Source: Rhodosorus marinus CCMP1338
Lineage: Eukaryota > Plantae > Rhodophyta
Reading direction: 5' to 3'
Assembly (NCBI GenBank): GCA_029953675.1
Contig: JAMWBK010000011.1
Span: 1-64,000, forward strand
Length of the DNA stretch: 64,000 nt
A program made the translations under genes and the position numbers. How positions within the stretch are numbered: position 1 is the stretch's first letter; every line of letters begins with the position of its first letter. Below the pieces are notes generated by a model. It ran no database searches. It saw only the letters and a list, made by a program, of their open reading frames with translations, and was not told where the DNA came from. Shown here one piece after another: positions 1 to 10,100 of this stretch.

Positions 1-278
1 AAGTTTCTTGCTGTGGCGTATGAACGCTGCTTTGATGTTGGAGGCGCGATCTTCGCCGCGCATAGTCTTTTTCTGCCTCGAAGTTTTTTCTTTCAGTCTC
101 CGATTCGGGAGTTGTTCCGCGAACGCCCTGACCGTCTTCAATCGTTGTTTACCCGCTTAAGTTTCCTGCTGTGGCGCATGAATGCCGCTTTGATGTTGGA
201 GGCGCGAGTACTTCGCCGCGCTTAGTCTTTTTTCTCCTCGGGTTTTTTTCAGCCTCCGATTAAACCATTCGTTCGTTC
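1..278 (+). mobile_element. Two stacked 5'-truncated 3' ends of type B CRE-like non-LTR retrotransposon
   Basis: 1-103 and 104-278 each carry the ...LMLEAR(V/D)LRRA* end and T-rich 3' UTR; the second ends in AAACCATTCGTTCGTTCG and matches 9660-9835. Confidence 0.85.
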
Positions 279-587
279 GATTAAAGAAATTCAGTCAACT
301 ACATGAACTTCCCGCGCTTTTGAGAACCATGTTCACAATACAGTTTTTGGTTTCGTGAGGGTGTATGGTGCTGGCTTTTGGTGGTTTTGAGTCGCAATTG
401 TGTTCTTCGGTGGGAGGCGCTTCTTTCTGCAGCCTTTCCCCCGCATCTTCTAGTGGTGTGGTGTGTGCTGGGGGTTGCTAGCGCCCCTTGGAGGTCGTGG
501 TGGTTTTTCTTTGGTTGCAAACGTTGGGAACAAGTTCTCTTTTTGGGGGTTTCGTGGGGAATCGGTTTTTCACACCTTCCTATCGTT

Positions 588-1882
588 ATGGTTGGGGTTT
601 CCCCACCCATTCCGGCGGACGGAGCCGTTCTCTCAGCGCGCGTGGAGCTCAGCGTGGGCGGGTTTAGTACCGCGGCCACCCTCACGGACTGCGCTGACGA
701 GTTAGCCCATGGGATCTGCTCGAAATGACGAGTCTTCTTGTGACTGCTTCCCAGGAACACCGCCTGCCCCTGCTGATCGCCTATTTGGAGCGCTTCTCCG
801 CCTCCGCGCCTGCCCCATACCCCCCGGTGCCCGTCCCCGCGGATCCGCACGGTACAGCGGGGCCTGCCTCCACCCGACCCGAGCGCTCCGCTCCGGTCAT
901 TCCTGATTCCGACTGGCCTACCCCTATTCAAGGACAGACGCCTCCTGGGCCCGCGTCGGGCCCGAATCCTGCCTCCAGTGCCCCACGTGCGACCTATTCG
1001 CAGGTCCTGCGCAGGGCTCTTCTGAACAACGCACGACGGCAATGGTGCGTATGATGCCACAACACATCCCTATTGACTCTTCTCGCCAACTATCTCCGTT
1101 CCACTTTGTTTGGATGACGAACGTGCGTCCCCAGACCCCCTCTCGTGGTCGGGGCCGCGCGCCCGTCCACTACCGCGATTTTCGCGACACCATGGCTTCC
1201 TCCCTTGGGGTCGCCCCATCTGAATTCCTATATGTGGACTTCACGGGCCCTCATGCCTGTTTTCTTGTTACTGACTCGGCTTACCAGTTCCTTCAATCGC
1301 TTGTAACCACCCCCGCGCCCCAGCGCTCTGCTCTGGCCAACATGATACTGACTCGTCCTCATGTCTCTTTGTTTGTCGAGTTCGATCGTTTTGACGCCGG
1401 CTGGGTTCCTCCGTCGGCCTTGCAAAACCTGGATGCCTCGCAGGCTTCGGTTGTCGCGCTACACACTCATGCGGCGCGGCTCTCGCGCATACAGGCGAGC
1501 CTCTTCGCGCGTTTTCCTCCTCGCGGGGTCCTCCGCACCGCGTTAGAGGCCTTCCTCTCCACTGAGGCCACCCTGCTGGAAGCCCACCCTGCGTTTGACC
1601 TTCTGCCGCTGACTCTTGAGCACCCCTTCCTCCCCTCGCCCTGTCTCCGAGGCTCGTGACACCGACATGGCAGAAGCACCATCGGCCTCTCCGAATCCGC
1701 TGGCTCTGGACACCCTCAGTCAAGACTCCGCTGCTGAAAACCCTGTGTCTACTTTCTTCAGGTCTTTTAGTTCCTTCGTGCGCCCCCCACGTAAGCGTCG
1801 TGCGGCTCCTGAGCCTCCCTCCGAGGCACCTCCTCCGGATATTCGATCTGCCTTCCCGACTGAGGGGAGGCCCGATGCCTGA
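588..1882 (+). pseudogene. Retroelement ORF1, frameshifted in this copy (pieces 588-728, 725-1054, 1051-1659, 1616-1882)
   Basis: MVGVSP start and successive blocks align with 44168-42546 (-) and 63130-63794 (+), e.g. HYRDFRDTMASSLG vs SMLDFRHTFAESLG; ends in a basic RKRR/KRxR motif. Confidence 0.7.
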
Positions 1883-4460
1883 GTCTTCCTCCTCCGCGTG
1901 CGTGTCGTCCCGGTTACCCCTGTTTACCAGTGACCGCTCAGCCTGGCATGAGCGTGTTCTCTCGTGGTTTTCGCACCTTGTCGCCTCCTACCCGGACGGT
2001 TCCCTTCCCCTTTGTCGTCAGAGCACGGCCGTACGGCTCCTTCGTCGACTTCATAAGCCCCTAGGATTGGTGTTGGATTTTCTCTGGCAGCAGGTCGCCG
2101 CGACCCCTCACTGCTCTCTTCGCTGGGAACTCTTGTTCTTTTTTCCCCGCCTCGTGCTCACCTCCTCTACCGTCCCCCTCAACCCACATCCTCGCCGGGT
2201 CCACCCTCGCCGAAAACTGCAAATGTTCCTTTCCGGCGACTTTGAGGACCTCGAACGTCTTTATTTCGCTTCTCTCTCTTCCTTTTCTCCTAGTGCTCCC
2301 TCAGCTTTTAGGTCTTCTCGACAGAATCGGGCGCGTCACGCGGTGGCAGGCGGTGATCTGCGGCGGGCAGCCGGGATCCTCCAGCAGCGGCAACCTGTGG
2401 TTCCATACTCCGATGATCTTTCTTCACCGCTCCGTTTGCTCTTTCCCTCGGAAGGCTCCCCTTGGGACTCCTCGTTTGAATCAGTGTTGGAAGAGTACCG
2501 CGCCGCGCCACATCCCAGTGCGCGGTTAGTGGTCAATCTGGAGGCGGTGCGTGAGTTGGTTCATGATGCTCCGAAGGGCCGTTCCCCAGGGCCCTCGGGG
2601 CTGCGGGTGGAATATCTCCGTTTCTTAAGTGATGAAGGTTTGAAGGCGTTGGCGTGGGTGGTCGAAGCGCTTGTGAATGGTGATCCCCTGTGTGAGTGTG
2701 CGTGGTTCTTGGTCGGTCGTTCGCAGTTGTGTCTGCTTTCGAAGCCCGGCCACACGGCCTCGAGCCCTGCTATTCGCCCTATTGGCCTGGTTGAGGTGGT
2801 CCGCAAATTGGCGGCGCGATGGTTAGTGAAAATCCTGGTTCCCGAATCCCGCCGTTTCTTTGGGCACGTGCAGTTAGGCGTGGGCTATGGTGGTGGCTGT
2901 GAGTTGTTGTCTGTTTTACTCCGTTCGGAAATGGCGTACTCCCCAGATTCTGGGCTCCTCTCTGTAGATTTTACCAATGCGTTCAACCGCGTCTCTCGTC
3001 CGGCTCTCATGCACGTGGTGCGCGAAGTCTTCCCTGTAGGCTTTCCCTTTGTTAGTAGACTTTATTCTCCGCTTGGTCGTGGGGCTACCTATGACACCCT
3101 TGGCGCTTCCTCACACACGTTTGCGGCGCGCACAGGGGTACAACAGGGTGATCCCTTGTCCCCTTTCCTACATGCCTGTGGACTACAACTCGTCTTGCTT
3201 TGTCTTCGCTCCGAATTCCCGCAGGTTCGTACGGTTGCATACCACGACGACGTGCGCCTCCTGGGGCCCCCTGATACTCTAGCGCTCGCTTATGATCGTC
3301 TCCGCTCCTTGGCTTCGCGGGTTGACCTGGAGGTTAATCATCACAAATCGTTCTACTGGGGAGGTGTAGCTGCACAAGAGCAGCAGGTACCTGCGTCGTT
3401 CCAGGATATTTGGAGACCGGATAGTTTTGTCCACTTAGGCATCCCCTACGGGTCGCCGTCCTTCGTTGAAGGCGAGTTGCTGCAGCTCCTCGGTAAGCAC
3501 AGACAGCTGGTTGCAGAGCTTCGACGGCTACCTCCGGGCTTTCTCCAGTGCTCGTTGCTGCTGTTTCGGTATTGTTGCAGTCAGCGGTTAACCTAATGGC
3601 TTCGCTCACTTCCAACTCATTGGGACCGGTGTTTGGCCACTCGTGCGGATGCTGAAAGTTTCCGTGACCTGGGGTATTTTCTCGATGAAGAGCTGAGCGC
3701 TCTGCCGCGACCCACCTCTGATGTTGTGCGCGCCCAGGTAGGCCTCCCATTGCGATTGGGGGGACTGGGCCTCTGCAATCGTGTTGTGGTCCAACCTGCA
3801 GCCGCAGTAGGGGCCTGGGGAACCGCACTTCCCACTTTGAGCAGCTTGGGTATCTCGAAGTTCCGCAATTTGATGGCGAGCCTCTCGCGGGGTGTCTTGC
3901 TTCCCAGCGTACCGGAAAGCGCCCAAGACTTGTTTCTGGAGCTCCAAACCGCCCTGAATTCCTGTACTAGTCTCCCCGAAACCGTTCAACCCCGTCTTCC
4001 TGACTGGCGAGCTGTATTTGACCGCTCTCGAGGCTCCGCCCCGGGGATTCGTCCTGCGCCTGAACCTGTTCTAGTGGAGATTGACCCAGTGGTTGCCGCA
4101 GAAGAAGAAGTCCCAGTTGATCCTCCTGATGATTCCCAGCGCGCTGGGAGCCGAGCTCAAGCACGCACGGATGCGCTGCAAAATATCCTTTCTTGGGACT
4201 TGCACCGTGCTGCATATGGCCGACTCCTCGCGCAGATGGTCTCATCTTCCCGCGCTCGCGCCCGCCTACGTAGTCTTGGAGGGGTTATTAGCTCTCAGTG
4301 GCTCATGACCGTACCAGCCTTTCCGCCACTCACACTGTCGGATTTCGAAGTGCGTACTTCACTGCGCTTATACCTCGGCTTACATCAGCCCCCTTGGCCG
4401 TACGAGATGGGTCCGTCGTGCCCTCTCTGCTCTCAGACTGAAGACAACGCAGATTTTGGC
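1875..4460 (+). pseudogene. ORF2 reverse transcriptase, thumb and start of CCHC finger; nonsense codon at 3594-3596
   Basis: RT motifs SPGPSG, IRPIG, QLGVGYGGGCE, SVDFTNAFN, GVQQGDPLSP, AYHDD, HLGIPYG, LPLRLGGLG. TAA falls in QRLT*WLRSLP where the paralog at 39754-41304 reads PRLNYWLRSLP. Confidence 0.92.
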
Positions 4461-4639
4461 CGGCCTGTCGTTTGTTCGGTTCGAGCTTGTCAGAGAGGTT
4501 TTGGTTTCTCTCTATATATGTTCGTCTGGACGTTGTTGGGGAAGACGGATTGGGGGAGGGTGTGGTGGAGGTGAGTGTTGCAGAAGGACTGGTTCCTTGC
4601 GAGGTTGGGTGGAGTCTGTTAGCGATATCAAGTGTCGAT

Positions 4640-4850
4640 ATGTATCGCTGGGTGTTCTTGTGGGCTTTACTGGCTGTTTTAGCCTGTGGAGAGAATGAAC
4701 TGCGTGTGCTTCCTGCTTCCGAGCAGGGACCTGAGCGTGATGTCGTGGAGGTTGATGTGGCGAGTCGGGTTGGATGTATGGGGGTGATTATGATATCGAA
4801 CAAGAGGGAGGTTGTGAAGCCAGGACTCAACGCACCCCCACGAGAGAGAG
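4640..4850 (+). pseudogene. 5' fragment of a secreted-protein gene, truncated
   Basis: MYRWVFLWALLAVLACG resembles the signal peptides of other genes here; the frame runs into a minus-strand element leader near 4850. Confidence 0.4.
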
Positions 4851-4975
4851 AGACAGTTGCAGTCGCAACGGCACACCCCGGAAAAGCGGGGGGAAGGACT
4901 ACCAGAGGAAGCGCTTCCCACAAACAAACACGCTCGCGACCGAAAAAGATTCAAAACCCCACTTCTTCGCCCCCC
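4850..4975 (-). mobile_element. 5' leader fragment of CRE-like element
   Basis: GTGGGAAGCGCTTCCTCTGGTAGTCCTTCCCCCCGC resembles leaders at 405-445, 17160-17205, 24185-24240 and 44100-44150. Confidence 0.6.
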
Positions 4976-4984
4976 AGCCCATAC

Positions 4985-5950
4985 CCTCATGCTTTATTAG
5001 CATAGCCTGAAGCGCTACGCAAGGCGTGAAAAGGGACTAAGAACTAGGTAGGGAAGCGTGCAAACCCAGGCGCCTATGGCGCGCCTGAGCAAGCATGCTG
5101 CTCGAGTAGCGCCACAGAGAGACGCTTAAACGACGCAAAAGTTCCAAATATTCAACAGGATGCTCAGCAAAACATTTCCGCAGCCACTCCAAACCCGACT
5201 TTTCCACGTGGCCAAAGCTTTCCACAATGAAAGGCTGGAACCGGTGTGAGCGACCCTCTGCACAAGGCAGGCTGGCCATACTCTCAGCGTACCGTCGTTC
5301 CTTCACTCGGCGAAGGGCAGAAGCGGCTGCCCCGGCGGCCGGCGGCAGCAGTGAGATGGGCGCTGGCAACAGGGCATGTAATCGCGAGGTCCACATATGT
5401 TGAGCGTCGGGCGGCAGCGTCGGAGACAAGAAGATCTGCGATACAGCGGGGCGGCGCTGTTTCCGAGACCGATCTGGGCAGCTCCGATTCCACCTCCACC
5501 GTGTGCCCTACCCGAGTCAAGCTTTCGCTAAGAATGTATTTGAAGCGAGTGTGACGCCTCGTACGAAGACCTCTCAACAATCCGCATGAGCCTAAGAAGT
5601 GGTAACCACAAGCATCTATCCGACTCTCACATCCCTGACAGAAAGACGGCCGATTAGAGTTCCACGGAGCTTGTGGCAAACCCAGGTAGATCCGTGCGGC
5701 AGAGCGGAACTGGAAGGCATCGGGACGGTGACCCAGTGACGATGGCAGCGTGGTTAACCACAAGTGCGATAGATGGCCTCCCATGCCGCGGACGCGAGCA
5801 GCGGTGGTAGGCGGTGTGAGGGGAGAGTTGAGCAAGATTGCGTGAGCCGCACTGTGTTGGCCCCACTGGCTTTATTGGACTTTACTAGCATGGTCTCATC
5901 GCCCCACTGGCTTTATTAGCATAGCCTGAAGCTTCTACTGGGTGCTCAAA
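4985..5950 (-). mobile_element. Type A CRE-like element 3' part (CCHC finger and RLE endonuclease) plus extra tails
   Basis: FCQGC...HFLGSC, RTRRH, ADLLV...YVDLAI, FQPFIVESFG, ends LGLHASLPSS*; tail GCTTTATTAGCATAGCCTGAAG at 4991 and 5909. Confidence 0.9.
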
Positions 5951-6239
5951 ACTGATCCTGCACGCCTTGGTGTATGATCCGTCCTGCGAAAAGTACCCCT
6001 TCACGAGCTCTACCGAAACAGAGTACGACTTACATTTGTGACCCGTTGCTGCTCCTGCCGATCTGTTGGCGTCTGGTGGAGAAGTCGTCAGTGTCAGAGT
6101 GGCCATTGCCTTCCCCACAGTAGAAGCGCACATGATCGGTTCCGATAACGAGGAAATCAACAGAATATTAAAATGTTTTACTAGCACATAGTGCCCCGTG
6201 TAGTACACCCGTACGTTGTCCTAGTTCCCTTTTTTTTCC

Positions 6240-6625
6240 ACTCGCCTTGTTTTGTTTTCGTTTTTCTCAGTCTCAAACGCATTCATTCAGTTCCGGTTGA
6301 AGGAGAGAATCGGAAAAATAGTCGATAAGAAAATCTTGGAGTTTGAGGCTTCACCAAAAAAATTCCCATCTGGTCATCGAATGTTTTGGGTTTATGGATT
6401 CCGTTTCCTGGCTTTCGGGAGTGTTGTCCAACTGTTTGACCTGAACGTCTCCCCTCGTTGTGTTCACCTGTCTAAATTTCTTGGGGAACCAGTGCTTCCC
6501 TCGTCCTTAATTTCCTTTTTTTTGCCCCTCGCCTCGTCTTGTCTTCATTTTTCTCAGTCTCAAACGCATTCATTCAGTTCCGATTAAAGGACAGAATTGG
6601 AAAAATAGCGATAAGAAAATCTTGC
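6240..6625 (+). repeat. Direct repeat of about 95 bp (6240-6340 and 6525-6625) containing a type B-like 3' tail plus shared flank
   Basis: TTTTCTCAGTCTCAAACGCATTCATTCAGTTCCG...GATAAGAAAATCTTG present twice with few differences. Confidence 0.8.
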
Positions 6626-6691
6626 AGTGGCGGCTTCAGCAAAACAATTCCCATTTTTAAGCGCATTTCAATCTGCCAACGGTTTTTTTCT

Positions 6692-6810
6692 GGTTGTGCC
6701 AAGTGGGTCGTTTTTTTTCGCCGTGGACGAGCCAGAAGTGGTTAAACCCGCGAAAACATGGAGGTTTAGAGGGGTAAACAGCGAAGAACCCGACCCCCAC
6801 TTGACACAAC
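6692..6810. mobile_element. MITE-like element, about 120 bp
   Basis: Terminal inverted repeats GTTGTGCCAAGTGGG / CCCACTTGACACAAC; related copy in opposite orientation at 14516-14666. Confidence 0.6.
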
Positions 6811-7416
6811 TCTTAGTTTTTTCGTTTGTTTTCTCTTCAGCCGCTCCAAACAAAAAGAGGAAAAAGGCGTTGGGAGGGGAGACTTTTCGTGCAGAAGATT
6901 GATGGTCCTCGCGGAGGGCGCGGGGGTGGGTGGGGGAAGCCGTTCTGGGAACAGGCTATGGATGCAACGGGAAACAATGCGAAACTTGAAAAAAAAGGCA
7001 AAAAGTACATCAATATTCTCGTACTGAGTCGGAGGGGGATGGCGAGGGGGCGTGGGGAATCCGCACACTGATTACATGAATGGTAGTAAAACCCCCATGA
7101 ATGGTGCGTCACGTTTGTCTTGCTGAGGCGCGCCATCGGCGCTTGGGTTTGCTTGCTATCGTTCGTAGCAGTGGTTTTGCCAATCCAGAGCTTGGCACTA
7201 CTCAGATTGTAATGTCATTGGACAAGACACAAACCCGGTTGTCACAATGGTGGTTTTACAATTGACTTAATGCTGTGTACAGGCTTCAGTACGAAGATAC
7301 GCGGAAGGGTATATACATACCACTTGAGATGCTGTTTGAGGGGAGGGCAGACGCGTGGGAGAGCAGCTGCGGGTGGACAATCTTTAGATTTTGGGAGTGA
7401 AATTGAGAGATTATTC

Positions 7417-8841
7417 ATGAAGTACGGGTTGGTAGTAATCCTGCTTGCCGGGATCTTTGGCTTGACGGTTGCCGACGTTGGCACATGCGCAAACTTTGTT
7501 AATCCTCTCTTTTCATCGTACACAATTTCTTCCTCGTGCTTTCCACTGCAAGTTGAAGGTGAAACGGTGGGAAGCGTAAGCAATAAGGATGTCGTGAAGA
7601 CGCAGGGACCGAACAAGGGAGAGACGTGTACCAGGTTCACTTTTGTCGTGCGCGAGGGACTTGGGATTAGACGAGCCAAACTCGGGCTATGGTTGGGAGG
7701 GATTCCTCGCAGTAATGCTCGGTTCACTCGTAAGAGAAAGTTTCTAGATAGTGAGCCGACCACGGTGAGAGTAGACGCATGCCTGGACGATATCAAGACA
7801 GACGGTGACTGCTGCAGTGAAGAACGTCTCATACCGGCGCTCGTGGTTGAAGCGAAGGTTCGAATGGAGGACGGCAAAGTGCGTATTGCTGGACTGAGCT
7901 TTCCAATAGCGGGGGACACAACCTGTTCCACCGCTCAAGGTTCCAGTTCATGCACTTCTATTGCCGATGCGAATGGGGATGGATTCGTTGCATGCACGCT
8001 CCAAGCTTCGTGCAGTTCGATCGGCGAGCAACCGGAATTTGGCGGCATCAACCGTATCAACCGTACGGGAGGAGTAGTTGAATTTGTGCTTTCACCCGGC
8101 TTCAGCGAATCTAACCCGCCAGATTTTGCGCTCGAGCTTACCCTCTACGAGAAGCAACCCGAGCCATTGCCGTCAGAGGGCATCGCTCCGGAAGCGCCTA
8201 CGGTGAGCCACCTGTCAGAGGCCGTCCCTGCGCAATCGAGTACGGTGATCCGCCGCCCTGTAGTTTTTATAAGAAACTTCGACTCTTTCAGCGTTGCGGT
8301 ATTTAACGTGCCAGAGTTGTATACCTTGAATACACCTGTACTCGCTTTTGCTGTCGAGTTGACAGATTCTGAATTTCCCTCGAGGTATTCAGTGAGGGTC
8401 GAGGACGTCGAGGACAAACGACGGCTACTACAATTTATCTCTTTCGCCAGCACCCCGGTTTTTGCGAATTCTCCTTCTGGCCCAGTGCCAGTAGGACAGA
8501 TTGCAACGAATTCCCTATTTGGGCCGCTTCTGGACTACCCACTCGTAGGGCGCATTGGCAGCGTTATTTGCGGGTATTGCTCGAGTAGAAATCCGCCACC
8601 GAGAGGGGAATGGGAAATCTTGCAACCCGACCAACCCGGGGGTCTCAACGAAGGCCAATTCGAAGCTGAATTGGCACGCCAACCCGGCCGTTGTATCTTT
8701 GACGGCCAAATAGGGAGTTTCGGATCGGTGTGTGGTCTACCTGGAGAAGAAGGGGTAAGGCGAAAGTTTCGCTCGTTCTTATATCAAGCGCTTCCCTTGC
8801 TAATCGAGACTTTTACAAAAATGCTCGTCTTGCCTGCTTAG
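7417..8841 (+). CDS. Secreted 474-aa protein with unnamed Cys-containing domain
   Basis: Intact ORF; signal peptide MKYGLVVILLAGIFGLTVA at second Met; motif RRAKLGLWLGG...C..DI...DCC shared with 12842-13969 and 45320-46795. Confidence 0.8.
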   Translation: MKYGLVVILLAGIFGLTVADVGTCANFVNPLFSSYTISSSCFPLQVEGETVGSVSNKDVVKTQGPNKGETCTRFTFVVREGLGIRRAKLGLWLGGIPRSNARFTRKRKFLDSEPTTVRVDACLDDIKTDGDCCSEERLIPALVVEAKVRMEDGKVRIAGLSFPIAGDTTCSTAQGSSSCTSIADANGDGFVACTLQASCSSIGEQPEFGGINRINRTGGVVEFVLSPGFSESNPPDFALELTLYEKQPEPLPSEGIAPEAPTVSHLSEAVPAQSSTVIRRPVVFIRNFDSFSVAVFNVPELYTLNTPVLAFAVELTDSEFPSRYSVRVEDVEDKRRLLQFISFASTPVFANSPSGPVPVGQIATNSLFGPLLDYPLVGRIGSVICGYCSSRNPPPRGEWEILQPDQPGGLNEGQFEAELARQPGRCIFDGQIGSFGSVCGLPGEEGVRRKFRSFLYQALPLLIETFTKMLVLPA

Positions 8842-9222
8842 ATTCTCCAATTCTTAGGGATCGTCCAAGGACAGGTGTTGTGTAGCTGCCCCCAACCAAC
8901 CCCTGCTGTCCCCCGCCCTTAAAGTAGGTGGGCAGCAGCGGGGAGGGAAAGCCGGTCCCATCTTATCGAAAGATTATGAAATGCTGCCTTGATTGCTTTC
9001 CAATTGCGTATCAGCAATAGAGGCGATTGGTTGCCGCTGGTGTTTTGAGTAGGTCTGGATAAAAACTTGTACCGCGTCGCATCTGAAATTTAGGTCAGTG
9101 GGTTGGCCAGCACCAGCGTTCGCTGTTAGTTCGGCAAGAACTCAAAAGTGGATTGGACTAGACTAGCACTTTTGGGTAATGTGATCCGGCAACTACCTTG
9201 ATGTGTCAACGCAGATTTTGGC

Positions 9223-9780
9223 GCCCACCTGCTCGCTAGTTGCCCAGCAGTGAAAGGTGCTCGAACCCGCCGCCATACACGGATCTTGAACCTGTTATAC
9301 CGGGAACTTCGGCCTATAGTCCGGCAAGCCGGTCTGGAAATCGAACGTGAGAAACCTTTACCCGTCGCGGACTTTCAAAATGATGAACGCCGTGTAGCCG
9401 ACCTGGTGATCACCTGTGACGACAGCCGCCGTACCACATACGTTGATCTTGCTGTTCCTAACCCTCAAGCTAGTCGTTATCTCCCGGCTGTGGGGGAGCG
9501 CCGTGGATCTGCCGCCGCCAGCATGAGACGCCGCAAAGAGATCAAATACGCGGGGGCTTTGTCTTCCCCTGGTGTTCGTGCTTCGGCACTAGCACATCGC
9601 TTGGTACCCCTGATCATTGAGTGCTTTGGGTTCATGGACTCTGTTGGTTCTCGCTGGCTTCGGGAGTTGTTCCGCGAACGCCCTGACCGTCTTCAATCGT
9701 TGTTTACCCGCTTAAGTTTCCTGCTGTGGCGCATGAATGCCGCTTTGATGTTGGAGGCGCGAGTACTTCGCCGCGCTTAG
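9223..9780 (+). pseudogene. C-terminal zinc finger and PD-(D/E)xK restriction-like endonuclease of the split element
   Basis: HLLASC, RTRRH, RRVADLV...YVDLAVPNP, KEIKY, LVPLIIECFG; nearly identical to 35105-35635. Confidence 0.9.
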
Positions 9781-9984
9781 TCTTTTTTTACCCTCGGGGT
9801 TTTTTTTTTCAGCCTCCGATTAAACCATTCGTTTCTTTGAGAACCGCTGAATATCTTATCTATTCTGAACTGGCCTTTCGAGTGGTTTGGATTAGTGAAT
9901 TCTGGCTAATCCGAGAGTGAAAGAAAAATAAGCCCGCGGGGAAAGAAAGGAAGCCTGACCGTCTGTCCTCGTGTTTGACTCGTT

Positions 9985-10100
9985 TCTTGCTATGGCGTAT
10001 GATCGCTGCTTTGATGTTGGAAGCGCGCGATCTTCCCTGCGCTTAGTCTTGGTTTTCCCCTCGGGATTTTTCCCTTTCAGTATCCGAAGAGACAAATTCA
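9985..10100 (+). mobile_element. Diverged type B-like 3' end
   Basis: GCTGCTTTGATGTTGGAAGCGCGCGATCTT...CTTAGTC...AAATTCATTCA. Confidence 0.7.

Larger units (their letters stand above)
4461..9206. other. 4746-bp composite insert flanked by a 16-bp target-site duplication
   Basis: CAACGCAGATTTTGGC at 4445-4460 and 9207-9222; single copy at the equivalent site in the 35.7-kb element. Confidence 0.88.
329..9835 (+). mobile_element. Full-length type B CRE-clade-like non-LTR retrotransposon (about 4.75 kb native), split by an internal insert at 4461-9206
   Basis: Flanked by direct repeat TTTGAGAACC at 319-328 and 9836-9845. ORF2 reads CPLCSQTEDNADFG up to 4460 and resumes AHLLASCPAVKGARTRRH at 9223; the copy at 35048-35712 shows this junction uninterrupted. 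Confidence 0.9.

Noticed and set aside
378-587. Hydrophobic Trp-rich ORF as a membrane or envelope-like protein
   Set aside because: It is explained by the GT-rich leader composition; conservation among copies begins only at MVGVSP.
690-730. Hammerhead-like CTGACGA...GAAA
   Set aside because: Stem II does not pair beyond one base pair, and no stems I/III with an NUH site were found. CTGATGA at 48546 and 52999 also lacks the GAAA partner.
725-1659. Three successive stop-start overlaps (ATGA 725-728, ATGATG 1051-1056, GTGA 1656-1659) suggesting termination-reinitiation as in SART1
   Set aside because: The homolog at 44168-42546 crosses the first two junctions in a single frame, the 63-kb homolog crosses the third, and similarity continues upstream of the ATGs. 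This copy also has a nonsense codon, so frameshift decay is the simpler reading. An intact B consensus would settle it.
3594-3596. Programmed readthrough of TAA in ORF2
   Set aside because: The paralog has Tyr (NYWLRSLP) at this position; a point mutation suffices.
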